Source: Candidatus Calidihabitans tengchongensis (GTDB taxonomy: Bacteria > Sysuimicrobiota > Sysuimicrobiia > Sysuimicrobiales > Kaftiobacteriaceae). Taken from it: a DNA stretch of 64,000 bases. Shown here piece by piece: positions 45,717 to 53,897 of the stretch. The DNA is taken from assembly GCA_031459615.1 (NCBI GenBank), contig JAVKIE010000009.1, positions 8,291 through 72,290 of the forward strand, in the 5' to 3' direction. The position numbers were made by a program, and so were the translations under genes. Within the stretch, counting starts at the first letter, position 1; each line of letters opens with the position of its first letter. The notes below the pieces were generated by a model. It did no database searches and was not told where the DNA came from. It was given only the letters and a program-made list of their open reading frames with translations.

Positions 45717-46505
45717 GTGCTGCGGTTTTCCGCGAACCTGACCATGCTGTTCACCGAGCGCCCGTTCCTGGAGCGCTTCGAAGCTGCCGCCCGCGCCGGG
45801 TTCCGGGCGGTGGAGTACATGTTCCCCTACCAGGAGGACACCGACGCCATCGCCCGCGCCCTGCGGGAGCTGCGGCTGGAGCAGGTCCTGTTCAACCTGC
45901 CGGCCGGAGACTGGGCCCGGGGCGACCGGGGGATCGCCACCGACCCCGCCCGGCGCGCCGAGTTCCGGGAGGGGGTGGAGCGGGCGGTGGACCTGGCGCG
46001 CCGGTTCGGCTGCCGGCGCCTGAACTGCCTGGTGGGCCGCCGGCTGGCCGAGGTCCCCGCCGACGAGCAGTGGCGGTGCCTGGTGGACAACCTGCGGCAT
46101 GCGGCCCAGGCGCTGGCGCCCCACGGCATCACGCTGCTGGTGGAGCCCATCAACACCTACGACATCCCCGAGTTCTTCCTGACCACCTCCGCCCAGGCCA
46201 TCCGCCTGCTGGACGAGGTGGGCGCGCCCAACGCGGCGTTGCAGTACGACGTCTACCACATGCAGCGCATGGAGGGGAACCTCGTGCACACCCTGCGCCG
46301 CCTGCACGGGCGCATCGGCCACGTGCAGGTGGCCGACTCCCCGGACCGCCACGAGCCCGGCACCGGCGAGATCCACTACCCGTACGTGCTGCGCCAGCTG
46401 GAGGCGCTGGGCTATGCGGGATTCGTGGGGCTGGAGTACCGGCCCAGCCGGACCACGGAGGAGAGCCTGGGGTGGATCGAAGCGATGGGGTTCAGCCGGG
46501 GCTGA
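45717..46505 (+). CDS. hyi: Hydroxypyruvate isomerase / 2-oxo-tetronate isomerase family.
   Basis: LRFSANLTMLF ... LLVEPIN ... QYDVYHMQ ... HVQVAD. The GTG start has an upstream GGAAGGAGG. Confidence 0.8.
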   Translation: MLRFSANLTMLFTERPFLERFEAAARAGFRAVEYMFPYQEDTDAIARALRELRLEQVLFNLPAGDWARGDRGIATDPARRAEFREGVERAVDLARRFGCRRLNCLVGRRLAEVPADEQWRCLVDNLRHAAQALAPHGITLLVEPINTYDIPEFFLTTSAQAIRLLDEVGAPNAALQYDVYHMQRMEGNLVHTLRRLHGRIGHVQVADSPDRHEPGTGEIHYPYVLRQLEALGYAGFVGLEYRPSRTTEESLGWIEAMGFSRG

Positions 46506-46645
46506 CGCTCCGGCCAGCGGGCCCCCCGCCGCCCGGGCCCCGGCGGCGCCGGGCCGGGGGTGCGCGGGCGGCCGGGACGGCGATGCCAGGACTCCCCACG
46601 GGGGGAGGCAGAACTCCAGCAGAGGAGGTGAGGAGGGTGGCCATC

Positions 46646-47986
46646 ATGCGTGGGATAGCCGCGGCCGGTCTGGTGCTGGCGCTGCTGGTGCTCGCTCCGG
46701 CCTATGCACAGCAGGCGGTGACCCTCACCGCCTGGACCATCGGTCCGGACAACCCGTCGGTGACCCGCTTTTCCAACCTGCAGGCGGCGGCGGAGCGGCT
46801 CAACGCCGACCTGCGGCGGGAGGGCGCGGGGGTCCAGGTCAAGGTGGAGGGGTTCTTCGATACGACCGACTGGGATCCGTTCCTGCGCCGGGTCCTGCTG
46901 GCGTTCCAGGGCGGGAACCCTCCCGACATCATCCAGGCGTCGCACCCGCTGACCACCACCTGGGCGGCGGCCGGGTACATCATCGCCCTGGACGACCAGA
47001 TCCCCCGCTACCGGCAGTTCGCCGACGTGGTGGAGTCCCTGTGGGACGCGGTGCGCTACCGCGGCAAGATCTACGGCATCCCCCAGGACACCGAAGCGCG
47101 CCCCCTGTACTTCAACAAGACGCTGCTCCGGCAGCTGGGGTGGACCGACCAGCAGATCGCCGCCCTGCCCCAGCGCATCGTCCGGGGCGAGTTCACCTGG
47201 GAGGACGTGCTGGCCACCGCCCGGGAGGCCGTGCAGAAGAAGGTCGTGGAATCCGGCAAGGGCTACTACCACCGGCCGCGCCCGGGCCCGGACTTCCTGC
47301 AGTGGTACCGGTCCTTCGGGGGACGCGACTTTGACGCCGCCAGCGGCAAGCTGGTCTTCACCCGGGAGGCAGCCCTGCGCTACTTCCGCTGGCTGCGCGC
47401 GGCCGTGGACGCCGGGGTGCTGGAACGCAACCGGCTGGACGGTGACTGGAACCGCTTCCACCAGACCGTCACCGACGGCAAGGTGCTGTTCTTCTCAGGC
47501 GGGACGTGGAACTGGGCCGAGTGGGAGCAGCAGTGGGTGACCCGCAAGGGCGGACAGGAGTGGCTGTTCGCCAACTTCGGCTTCGCCCCCCACCCCACCT
47601 GGCGGCAGGGCGGGCGGCCCATCACCCTCTCCCAGCCCCAGGCCTACATGGTTTCCTCCGCGTCCAAGAACAAGGCGCTGGCGGTGCGGCTGCTGGCCTA
47701 CACCACGGTACCGGACCTGGACGCCAAGCACGCGGTGGGCAGCGCCCACCTGCCGGTGCTGAAGACCACCGCCCGGCTGATCGGCGACCGCTTCCTGAAG
47801 GAGGTGAGCTACCTGCTCACCTACACCTCTTTCCAGCCGCCCCATCCCGACCTGCCCCGCTGGAATGACGCCCTGTTCCGGGGCGTCTCGGCGGTGGAGT
47901 CCGGGCAGGTGACGCCCGAGCAGGCGGTGGAGGTGGTGGCCACCGAGATGCAGCGGGCCCTGCGGGACCAGATCATCGTCGAGTAA
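46646..47986 (+). CDS. CUT1-type ABC substrate-binding protein, in a glycerophosphodiester/G3P-like context.
   Basis: Signal peptide with an upstream GAGGAGG. Co-operonic with the GDPD genes. Confidence 0.8.
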   Translation: MRGIAAAGLVLALLVLAPAYAQQAVTLTAWTIGPDNPSVTRFSNLQAAAERLNADLRREGAGVQVKVEGFFDTTDWDPFLRRVLLAFQGGNPPDIIQASHPLTTTWAAAGYIIALDDQIPRYRQFADVVESLWDAVRYRGKIYGIPQDTEARPLYFNKTLLRQLGWTDQQIAALPQRIVRGEFTWEDVLATAREAVQKKVVESGKGYYHRPRPGPDFLQWYRSFGGRDFDAASGKLVFTREAALRYFRWLRAAVDAGVLERNRLDGDWNRFHQTVTDGKVLFFSGGTWNWAEWEQQWVTRKGGQEWLFANFGFAPHPTWRQGGRPITLSQPQAYMVSSASKNKALAVRLLAYTTVPDLDAKHAVGSAHLPVLKTTARLIGDRFLKEVSYLLTYTSFQPPHPDLPRWNDALFRGVSAVESGQVTPEQAVEVVATEMQRALRDQIIVE

Positions 47987-47991
47987 CCCGG

Positions 47992-48017
47992 GCGGGTGCG
48001 GGCAATTCCGCACCCGC
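47992..48017 (+). promoter_or_regulatory. Intercistronic stem-loop immediately after the SBP stop codon.
   Basis: 10-12-bp stem gcgggtgcgg/ccgcacccgc with a gcaatt loop. Confidence 0.5.
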
Positions 48018-48028
48018 TCCCTCGCCCC

Positions 48029-48997
48029 ATGGCGGAGTCGGACCGGATCGCAGCCCAGGCGGAGGCCGAGGTCGCACCCGCTCGGGTGGCCGCGGGGGCG
48101 CGGGTGGCGCGCGCGGCCACGCCGGCTCTGTTCCTGCTGCCGGCCGGCGTGCTGATCGCGCTGTTCTTCCTGGTGCCCGTGGCGACCACCCTGTACCTCT
48201 CCCTCACCGACATCTCCACCCTGACCTTCCGCCAGCCCCGGTGGGTGGGGCTGGCCAACTACCGGGACCTGCTCACGGATCCGTTTCTGCCCCGGATCCT
48301 GCTGAATACGGTCCGCTACGTGGTCCTGACGCTGCTGTTCAACGTCGGGATGGGGCTGACGCTGGCCGTGCTGACCACCGCCGTGCGGCCGGGGATCGGC
48401 AACCAGGCGCGGGCCCTGTGGCTGCTGCCCCGCATCCTGCCGCCGGTGGTGTACGTGCTGGTGTGGCAGGGGATCAGCCGGGAGGCACCGTACGGGCTGC
48501 TGGGCATCCTCACCGGCAGCTCCCGGGGGTGGATCACCAGCCATCCGTGGGCCACGGTGGTCCTGGCCAACGGGCTGGTGGGGGCGTCGTTCGGCATGCT
48601 GATCTTCACGTCGGCGATCCGGTCCATCTCCCCCGAGCTGTTCTACGCGGCGGCGGTGGACGGGGCCACCACCTGGCAGACGGTGCGGCGGGTGGTCCTG
48701 CCGCTCCTGCGCTGGCCCATCCTGTTCGTCACCGCCTACCAGACCCTGTCCCTGCTGACGTCCTTTGAGTACATCCTCCTGCTCACCGACGGCGGCCCGG
48801 GTTTTTACACCACCACCGTGTGGTCGCTGCACGCCTACAAGCTGGCCCTGTCCAATTACTACGGCAACGTCCAGTTCGGCCTGGGCGCCGCCATGGCCGC
48901 CGTCCTGGTCGTGGTCGGGGTGGTGGTGTCGGTGGTGTACCTGCGGGTGTTCAACTTCCGTCAGCTGGTGGGCGAGCCCAGGATCGAGGTGTCCTGA
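48029..48997 (+). CDS. ABC permease (UgpA/MalF type).
   Basis: The ATG is the first start after the hairpin. TM helices and an EAA loop are present. Confidence 0.8.
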   Translation: MAESDRIAAQAEAEVAPARVAAGARVARAATPALFLLPAGVLIALFFLVPVATTLYLSLTDISTLTFRQPRWVGLANYRDLLTDPFLPRILLNTVRYVVLTLLFNVGMGLTLAVLTTAVRPGIGNQARALWLLPRILPPVVYVLVWQGISREAPYGLLGILTGSSRGWITSHPWATVVLANGLVGASFGMLIFTSAIRSISPELFYAAAVDGATTWQTVRRVVLPLLRWPILFVTAYQTLSLLTSFEYILLLTDGGPGFYTTTVWSLHAYKLALSNYYGNVQFGLGAAMAAVLVVVGVVVSVVYLRVFNFRQLVGEPRIEVS

Positions 48998-49821
48998 TGC
49001 CCCTGCTGCCTCCCCGGTGGCGCCTGCTGGTGGCCGCTCTGGCCCTCCTGAGCCTGCCCATCGTCGCCGGGGTGCTGTGGCTGTTGCTGACCGGGTGGTT
49101 TGACCGGGTGCACGGCCTGCTGCCCGTGGGCGGGTGGTCGCCGGGAAACTGGCGGTTTCTGTGGCAGCCCGTGGGCGGCCGGCCGCCTCTGCGGGTCCCG
49201 CTGGTGAACTCCCTGGTCTTCGCCGTCGTGGTGGCCGGCCTGGAGGTGGTGGTGGCGTCCCTGGCCGCCTACGCCATCTCCCGGATGTCGTTTCCCGGAC
49301 GGCGGGCGTTTCTGGGACTGGTCCTGGTCCTGCACGCCTTTCCGGCGGTGAGCCTGCTGATCGCCATCTTCTACATCCTGCGGCTGCTGGGACTGTTCGA
49401 TACCCTGGTGGGGGTCATCCTGGTCAAGGTGGCCCTGGAGCTGCCGCTGGGGATCTGGCTGATGAAGGGCTTTTTCGACTACCTGTCCTGGGAGATCGAA
49501 ATGGCCGCCCTGGTGGACGGCATGTCCCGGTGGGGCGTGTTCTGGCGGATCGCCCTGCCCCTGGTGCGGCCGGGACTGCTGGCCCTGGGCACCTTCGCGC
49601 TGCTGTCGGCGTGGGGCGAGTTCATCCTGCCGTTCACCCTGATCGTCAGCAGCCAGCGGTGGACCATGGCCATGTACATGCAGAGCTTCCTCAGCGAGGC
49701 GTTCACCGATTTCGGAATGATGGCCGCCGTGGGGCTGACCTACGCGGCCCCGGTGCTGGTCCTGTTCGTCCTGGGCCAGCGCTACCTGCTGAGCATCTAC
49801 GCAGGGGGCGTCAAAGGGTGA
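48997..49821 (+). CDS. ABC permease (UgpE/MalG type).
   Basis: TGATG overlap with the preceding permease; EMAALVDG EAA loop. Confidence 0.85.
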   Translation: MPLLPPRWRLLVAALALLSLPIVAGVLWLLLTGWFDRVHGLLPVGGWSPGNWRFLWQPVGGRPPLRVPLVNSLVFAVVVAGLEVVVASLAAYAISRMSFPGRRAFLGLVLVLHAFPAVSLLIAIFYILRLLGLFDTLVGVILVKVALELPLGIWLMKGFFDYLSWEIEMAALVDGMSRWGVFWRIALPLVRPGLLALGTFALLSAWGEFILPFTLIVSSQRWTMAMYMQSFLSEAFTDFGMMAAVGLTYAAPVLVLFVLGQRYLLSIYAGGVKG

Positions 49822-50864
49822 AGGGCATCCGACTACGGTTGGAGCGGCTGAGCAAACGCTTTGGCCGGGTGGTGGCGGTGCACGCTCTGGACCTCGAGGT
49901 CGGGGCCGGGGAACTGGTGGCGTTTCTGGGACCCTCCGGATGCGGCAAGACCACCACGCTGTTGATGATCGCCGGCATCTACCAGCCCACCAGCGGAGCC
50001 ATCTATTTTGACGACCGCCGGGTGGACCACCTGCACCCCCGGGACCGGGACGTGGGGATGGTCTTCCAGTCCTACGCCCTGTATCCCCACCTGACCCTGT
50101 TTGAGAACATCGCCTTCCCCTTGCGGCTGAAGCGGCTGCCCGCCGGCGAGGTGGCCGCCCGGGTCCGGCGCACCGCCGAGCTGCTCGGCATCGCACCCCT
50201 GCTGGACCGCTACCCCGCCCAGGTGTCCGGCGGCCAGCAGCAGCGGGCCGCGCTGGCCCGGGCCCTGGTCAAAGAGCCGCAGGTCCTCCTCCTGGACGAG
50301 CCGCTGTCCAACCTGGACGCCCAGATCCGGGTGCAGGCCCGGGGGGAAATCCGCCGGCTGCAGCAGGAGCTGGGGGTGACCACCATCCTGGTGACCCACG
50401 ACCAGGCCGAGGCGCTGGCCATGGCCGATCGGGTGGCGGTGTTTTCCACGGGCCAGCTGCTCCAGGTGGCCTCTCCCGACGAGCTGTACCGCCGGCCCGC
50501 CACCACGTTCGTCGCGCGGTTTGTGGGCCACCCGCCCATGAACCTGCTGGACGGGACGTTCGCCGACGGCCAGTTCATCGCCGGGGGTCGCCGCCTGCCC
50601 CTGCCGGTGCGGATCCCGCCGGGCCCGGGATATCTGGGGGTACGGCCCGAGGACCTGCACCTTCAGGGGGACCTGGCGGGCCGGGTGGTCGTGGTGGAAT
50701 CCCTGGGCCGCCAGGCGCTGGTGACGGTGGACCTGGACGGAGTGGAGCTGAAGGTCCTGGTGGACCAGGCCCGGCGCCCGGCGGTGGGAGCCCGGGTCGG
50801 CGTAGGGGTGGAGGTCGACCGGGTGCACCTCTTCGACGCGTCCGGCGTCCGGATCGGCCCATGA
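49818..50864 (+). CDS. ABC ATPase (UgpC/MalK/MsmX type) with a C-terminal TOBE domain.
   Basis: GPSGCGKTT, VSGGQQQRAALARAL, LLLDEPLSNLD. It is the only CUT1-type ATPase in the window. Confidence 0.9.
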   Translation: MKGIRLRLERLSKRFGRVVAVHALDLEVGAGELVAFLGPSGCGKTTTLLMIAGIYQPTSGAIYFDDRRVDHLHPRDRDVGMVFQSYALYPHLTLFENIAFPLRLKRLPAGEVAARVRRTAELLGIAPLLDRYPAQVSGGQQQRAALARALVKEPQVLLLDEPLSNLDAQIRVQARGEIRRLQQELGVTTILVTHDQAEALAMADRVAVFSTGQLLQVASPDELYRRPATTFVARFVGHPPMNLLDGTFADGQFIAGGRRLPLPVRIPPGPGYLGVRPEDLHLQGDLAGRVVVVESLGRQALVTVDLDGVELKVLVDQARRPAVGARVGVGVEVDRVHLFDASGVRIGP

Positions 50865-51775
50865 CGCTGCCCGGGGGCCTGTTCTGGCGGGGCCGGCGGG
50901 TCCTGCTCAAGTACCACAAGCTGCTGTCGGGCACCGGCCGTCACCCGCCCAACAGCCTGTCCGCCCTGCGGGAAGTCCTGGACGGCGGAGCGGAGGTCAT
51001 CGAGTTCGACATCCAGCCCCTGGCCGACGGGGACTACGCCGTGCTCCACGATGAGCGGCTGGAGTCTGAAACCACCGGATGGGGGCCGGTCCGGGCATGC
51101 GCGCGCGCGGACCTGAAGACGCTGCGCCTGCGCGGCTCCGACGAACCCCCGGCCACGCTGTCAGACGTGGTCGAGGTGCTGGCCGCCGTCCGGCGGCCGG
51201 TGAAGGTCCAGGTGGACTGCAAGGAGTGGCGGCCGTGGTCGGAAGAGCGCGCCCGACACCTCCTGGGGGCGCTGGAGCCCCTGCGGCGCGTCCCCGCCCT
51301 GCGCGTGGTGGTGGGCTGCTTGGGCGACTGGAACCTGCGGTTGCTGCGCCGGCTGGATCCGACGGTGGCGGTGGGACTGGACTGGATGTTCTATCTGGAC
51401 GGCCCTGCGGACGAGCACGCACGGCTGCCCACCCGCGTCAACGCCTACGGCTACCTGGACGATCACCCCCTGGGCTTCCGCCGGATCCTGCCCCCCGCTG
51501 CCTACCTGGCCGACCGGGTGGACAGCCTCTGCCGCCTGGTGGAGGGGGCGCAGGAGGTCTACCTGCGCAAGGAGTTCCTGCTGCAGGCGCTGGCCGACGG
51601 CTTTAACCCGGTCCCGTTCCTGCGGCAGCGCCTGGGCCGGCCCGTGGTGGTGGACGTCTGGACCCTCAACGAGGGGCCCGACAGTCAGAACGACCTGCGG
51701 GCGGTGCTGGAGGCCGGCGTGGACCAGGTCACTACCGACACCGCCGTCCAGCTGGCCGCCCGCGTGCCCCCATGA
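50861..51775 (+). CDS. Glycerophosphodiester phosphodiesterase family protein (divergent).
   Basis: EFDIQ...DGDYAVLHDERL is a GDPD-like HD...E.D pattern. ATGA overlap with the ATPase gene. Confidence 0.7.
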   Translation: MTLPGGLFWRGRRVLLKYHKLLSGTGRHPPNSLSALREVLDGGAEVIEFDIQPLADGDYAVLHDERLESETTGWGPVRACARADLKTLRLRGSDEPPATLSDVVEVLAAVRRPVKVQVDCKEWRPWSEERARHLLGALEPLRRVPALRVVVGCLGDWNLRLLRRLDPTVAVGLDWMFYLDGPADEHARLPTRVNAYGYLDDHPLGFRRILPPAAYLADRVDSLCRLVEGAQEVYLRKEFLLQALADGFNPVPFLRQRLGRPVVVDVWTLNEGPDSQNDLRAVLEAGVDQVTTDTAVQLAARVPP

Positions 51776-52509
51776 GCGCGTGGCTGCGGGCCGGGCGTCT
51801 GCTGGTGATCGCCCACCGGGGGGCGTCGGCCGCAGCGCCGGAGAACACCCTGGCGGCGTTCCGGCGGGCGGCCGACGACGGCGCCGACGGCATCGAGCTG
51901 GACGTGCGCGCCACCTCCGACGGCCATCTGGTCGTCCTCCACGACGCCGACGTCTCCCGGACCACCGACGGCGCCGGTGCGGTGGCCGCGCTGACCCTGG
52001 CCCAGCTGCGGCGGCTCGACGCCGGGTCGTGGTTCGGCCCGGCGTTTGCCGGAGAGCGGGTGCCCCTGCTGGAGGAGGTCCTGGGGTGGGCCCGCGGCCG
52101 CCTGCTGGTGGACGTGGAGGTCAAAGCGGCCGGGCTGGAAGACGCCCTGGTGGAGGTGGTCCGCCGGACCGGGACGGCGGATCAGGTGCTGGTCTCCGCC
52201 TTCGATCCTCAGATTCTGGTGCGCACCCGCGAGCGGGCGCCAGACCTTCCTCTCGGCCTGCTGCAGGTCCTCCCCGATCCCGACGCGGCCGCCGCCCTGG
52301 GGGTGCCCGTGTGGCTGCCCGCGGTGGCCGCGCTCACCGACGGGCTTCTGCGGCGGTCCCGGGAGCGGGGACTGCGGGTCATCCCCTGGACGGCGCACAC
52401 CGAAGCGGATCTGCGCCGCGCCGCCGCCCTCGGAGTGGACGGGATCATCGTGAACGACCCGGCGTGGGCCCGCCGGGTGCTCACTTCTCGGGTTCCACCA
52501 GCCCCTTGA
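51772..52509 (+). CDS. Glycerophosphodiester phosphodiesterase.
   Basis: IAHRGASAAAPENTLAAF...GIELDVRATSDGHLVVLHD is the canonical GDPD active site. Confidence 0.85.
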   Translation: MSAWLRAGRLLVIAHRGASAAAPENTLAAFRRAADDGADGIELDVRATSDGHLVVLHDADVSRTTDGAGAVAALTLAQLRRLDAGSWFGPAFAGERVPLLEEVLGWARGRLLVDVEVKAAGLEDALVEVVRRTGTADQVLVSAFDPQILVRTRERAPDLPLGLLQVLPDPDAAAALGVPVWLPAVAALTDGLLRRSRERGLRVIPWTAHTEADLRRAAALGVDGIIVNDPAWARRVLTSRVPPAP

Positions 52510-53272
52510 CGAACCACCGCTGCATGATCACCACCACCGCCACCGGCGGCAGCATGGCCAGCAGGGCCGTGGCCATGATCAGGGGCCAGTCCACCAGGGC
52601 CTCCCCCGTCCCGATCATGCGGGTGATGCCGATGACCACGGTCTCCATCTGCTGGCCGGTGGTGACCAGCAGGGGCCACAGGTACTGGTTCCACCCGTAG
52701 ATGAACAGGATGACGAACAGGGCGGCCGTGGTGGTCGAGGACAGCGGCAGGGCCACGCTCCAGAAGAACCGCATGGGGGTCGCCCCATCCACCTTGGCGG
52801 CGTCCACCAGCTCGTCGGGGATGGTGAGGAAGAACTGGCGGAAGATCAGGGTGGCGGTGGCAGACGCGATCAGGGGGATGGTCAGGCCGGGAAACGTGTT
52901 GACCAGCCCCAGGTCGGCCACCACCTTGTAGGTGGGGATGATGCGGACCTCCACGGGCAGCATGAGGGTGATGAAGATCATCCAGAACAGGGCCATCCGC
53001 AGGGGGAACTCGAAGAACACCACCGCGAACGCCGACAGCAGGGAGATGGCGATCTTGCCGGTGGCAATGGTCAGGGCCATGATCAAGCTGTTGCGCATCA
53101 TCCGCCGCACCGGGGGAGCCTGGACCCGCTCGCCGGTGCCGGTGCGCCACGCCCGCCCGTAGGTGTCGACCAGGTGGGGGCCCGGCCGCAGGCCCATCTC
53201 GCCCCGGGCCACGGTGCCCAGGTCGTGGGTGGACCCCACAAACGCCACGTAGACCGGGAAGGCGAAGACCAT
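52481..53272 (-). CDS. ugpE: sn-glycerol-3-phosphate ABC permease UgpE. It is an orphan: no ugpA, ugpB or ugpC is adjacent.
   Basis: About 65% identical by eye to enterobacterial UgpE over the whole length. The start may lie about 60 nt further upstream, overlapping the glpP fragment. It converges on the GDPD gene with a 29-nt overlap. Confidence 0.75.
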   Translation of the reverse strand: MVFAFPVYVAFVGSTHDLGTVARGEMGLRPGPHLVDTYGRAWRTGTGERVQAPPVRRMMRNSLIMALTIATGKIAISLLSAFAVVFFEFPLRMALFWMIFITLMLPVEVRIIPTYKVVADLGLVNTFPGLTIPLIASATATLIFRQFFLTIPDELVDAAKVDGATPMRFFWSVALPLSSTTTAALFVILFIYGWNQYLWPLLVTTGQQMETVVIGITRMIGTGEALVDWPLIMATALLAMLPPVAVVVIMQRWFVKGLVEPEK

Positions 53273-53577
53273 CACCCCCACCAGCAGCGTGAGGTGGGGG
53301 TGCTGATGACGCCGGCGATCCCGGGGATGGAGCGGACGAACTGCACCGCCGCGCGGTCCGCCGCCAGGCCTTCGGTCAGGTCCATGTGGATCAGCACCAT
53401 CTTGCCGGCCCCCGACAGGCGGCCCACCAGGGCGGGTAGGGAGAGGACCGATCCGGTCAGCAGGAAGGCCGTGGAGACGGGCGAGGCCGCGGCCACGCCC
53501 GCGGCGGCCTCGCTGCGAACGGCGGCGATGACCGGGCGGGCTCGCAGCGGCGCCCAGGGATCGGCAGGTGAGGCCAT
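53272..53577 (-). pseudogene. Truncated glycerol-3-phosphate-responsive antiterminator (GlpP family). Only the first roughly 100 of about 185 residues remain, ending at the ugpE junction.
   Basis: PVIAAVRSE...LLTG.VL.L..LV...AGK.VLIHMDL.EGL..D.AAVQF...GIAGVISTPTS matches the GlpP N-terminal half. The C-terminal half is absent in all frames. It has its own GAGG SD. Confidence 0.55.
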
Positions 53578-53696
53578 GACGGGGCCTCATTTCGGGGCGG
53601 GCGCACGCCCTTCCTGTGCGGCGCAGGAGATGCGGCGACGGGGGCCGAAACCATCCCGCGCAGGTAGTCGCACGTGGCAGGACGGAGTCGCGGAGA

Positions 53697-53737
53697 CAGT
53701 CCTGCCGGCCGGAGTGCCGGCGGCCGGCAGGACTTTT
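53697..53737 (+). terminator. Orphan intrinsic-terminator-like hairpin in the 320-bp gap between the glpP fragment and the GH31 gene.
   Basis: 13-bp perfect stem agtcctgccggcc/ggccggcaggact with an 11-nt loop, then TTTTg. The nearest plus-strand gene ends about 1.2 kb upstream. Confidence 0.45.
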
Positions 53738-53897
53738 GCATGCCCGTCCGGACCGCCAGGGCGCGCGGCCGGTGTCGCCTGTTCGCCGGGAGCACCGCGG
53801 GCCGCCGGGGTGGGCAACCTGCCCGGTGCTGGCGGCGGAGGCCGGGGTATCCGTTGCGGGAGATGGCGGTCATGCAGGCCTACACCAGGGTCCGGGG

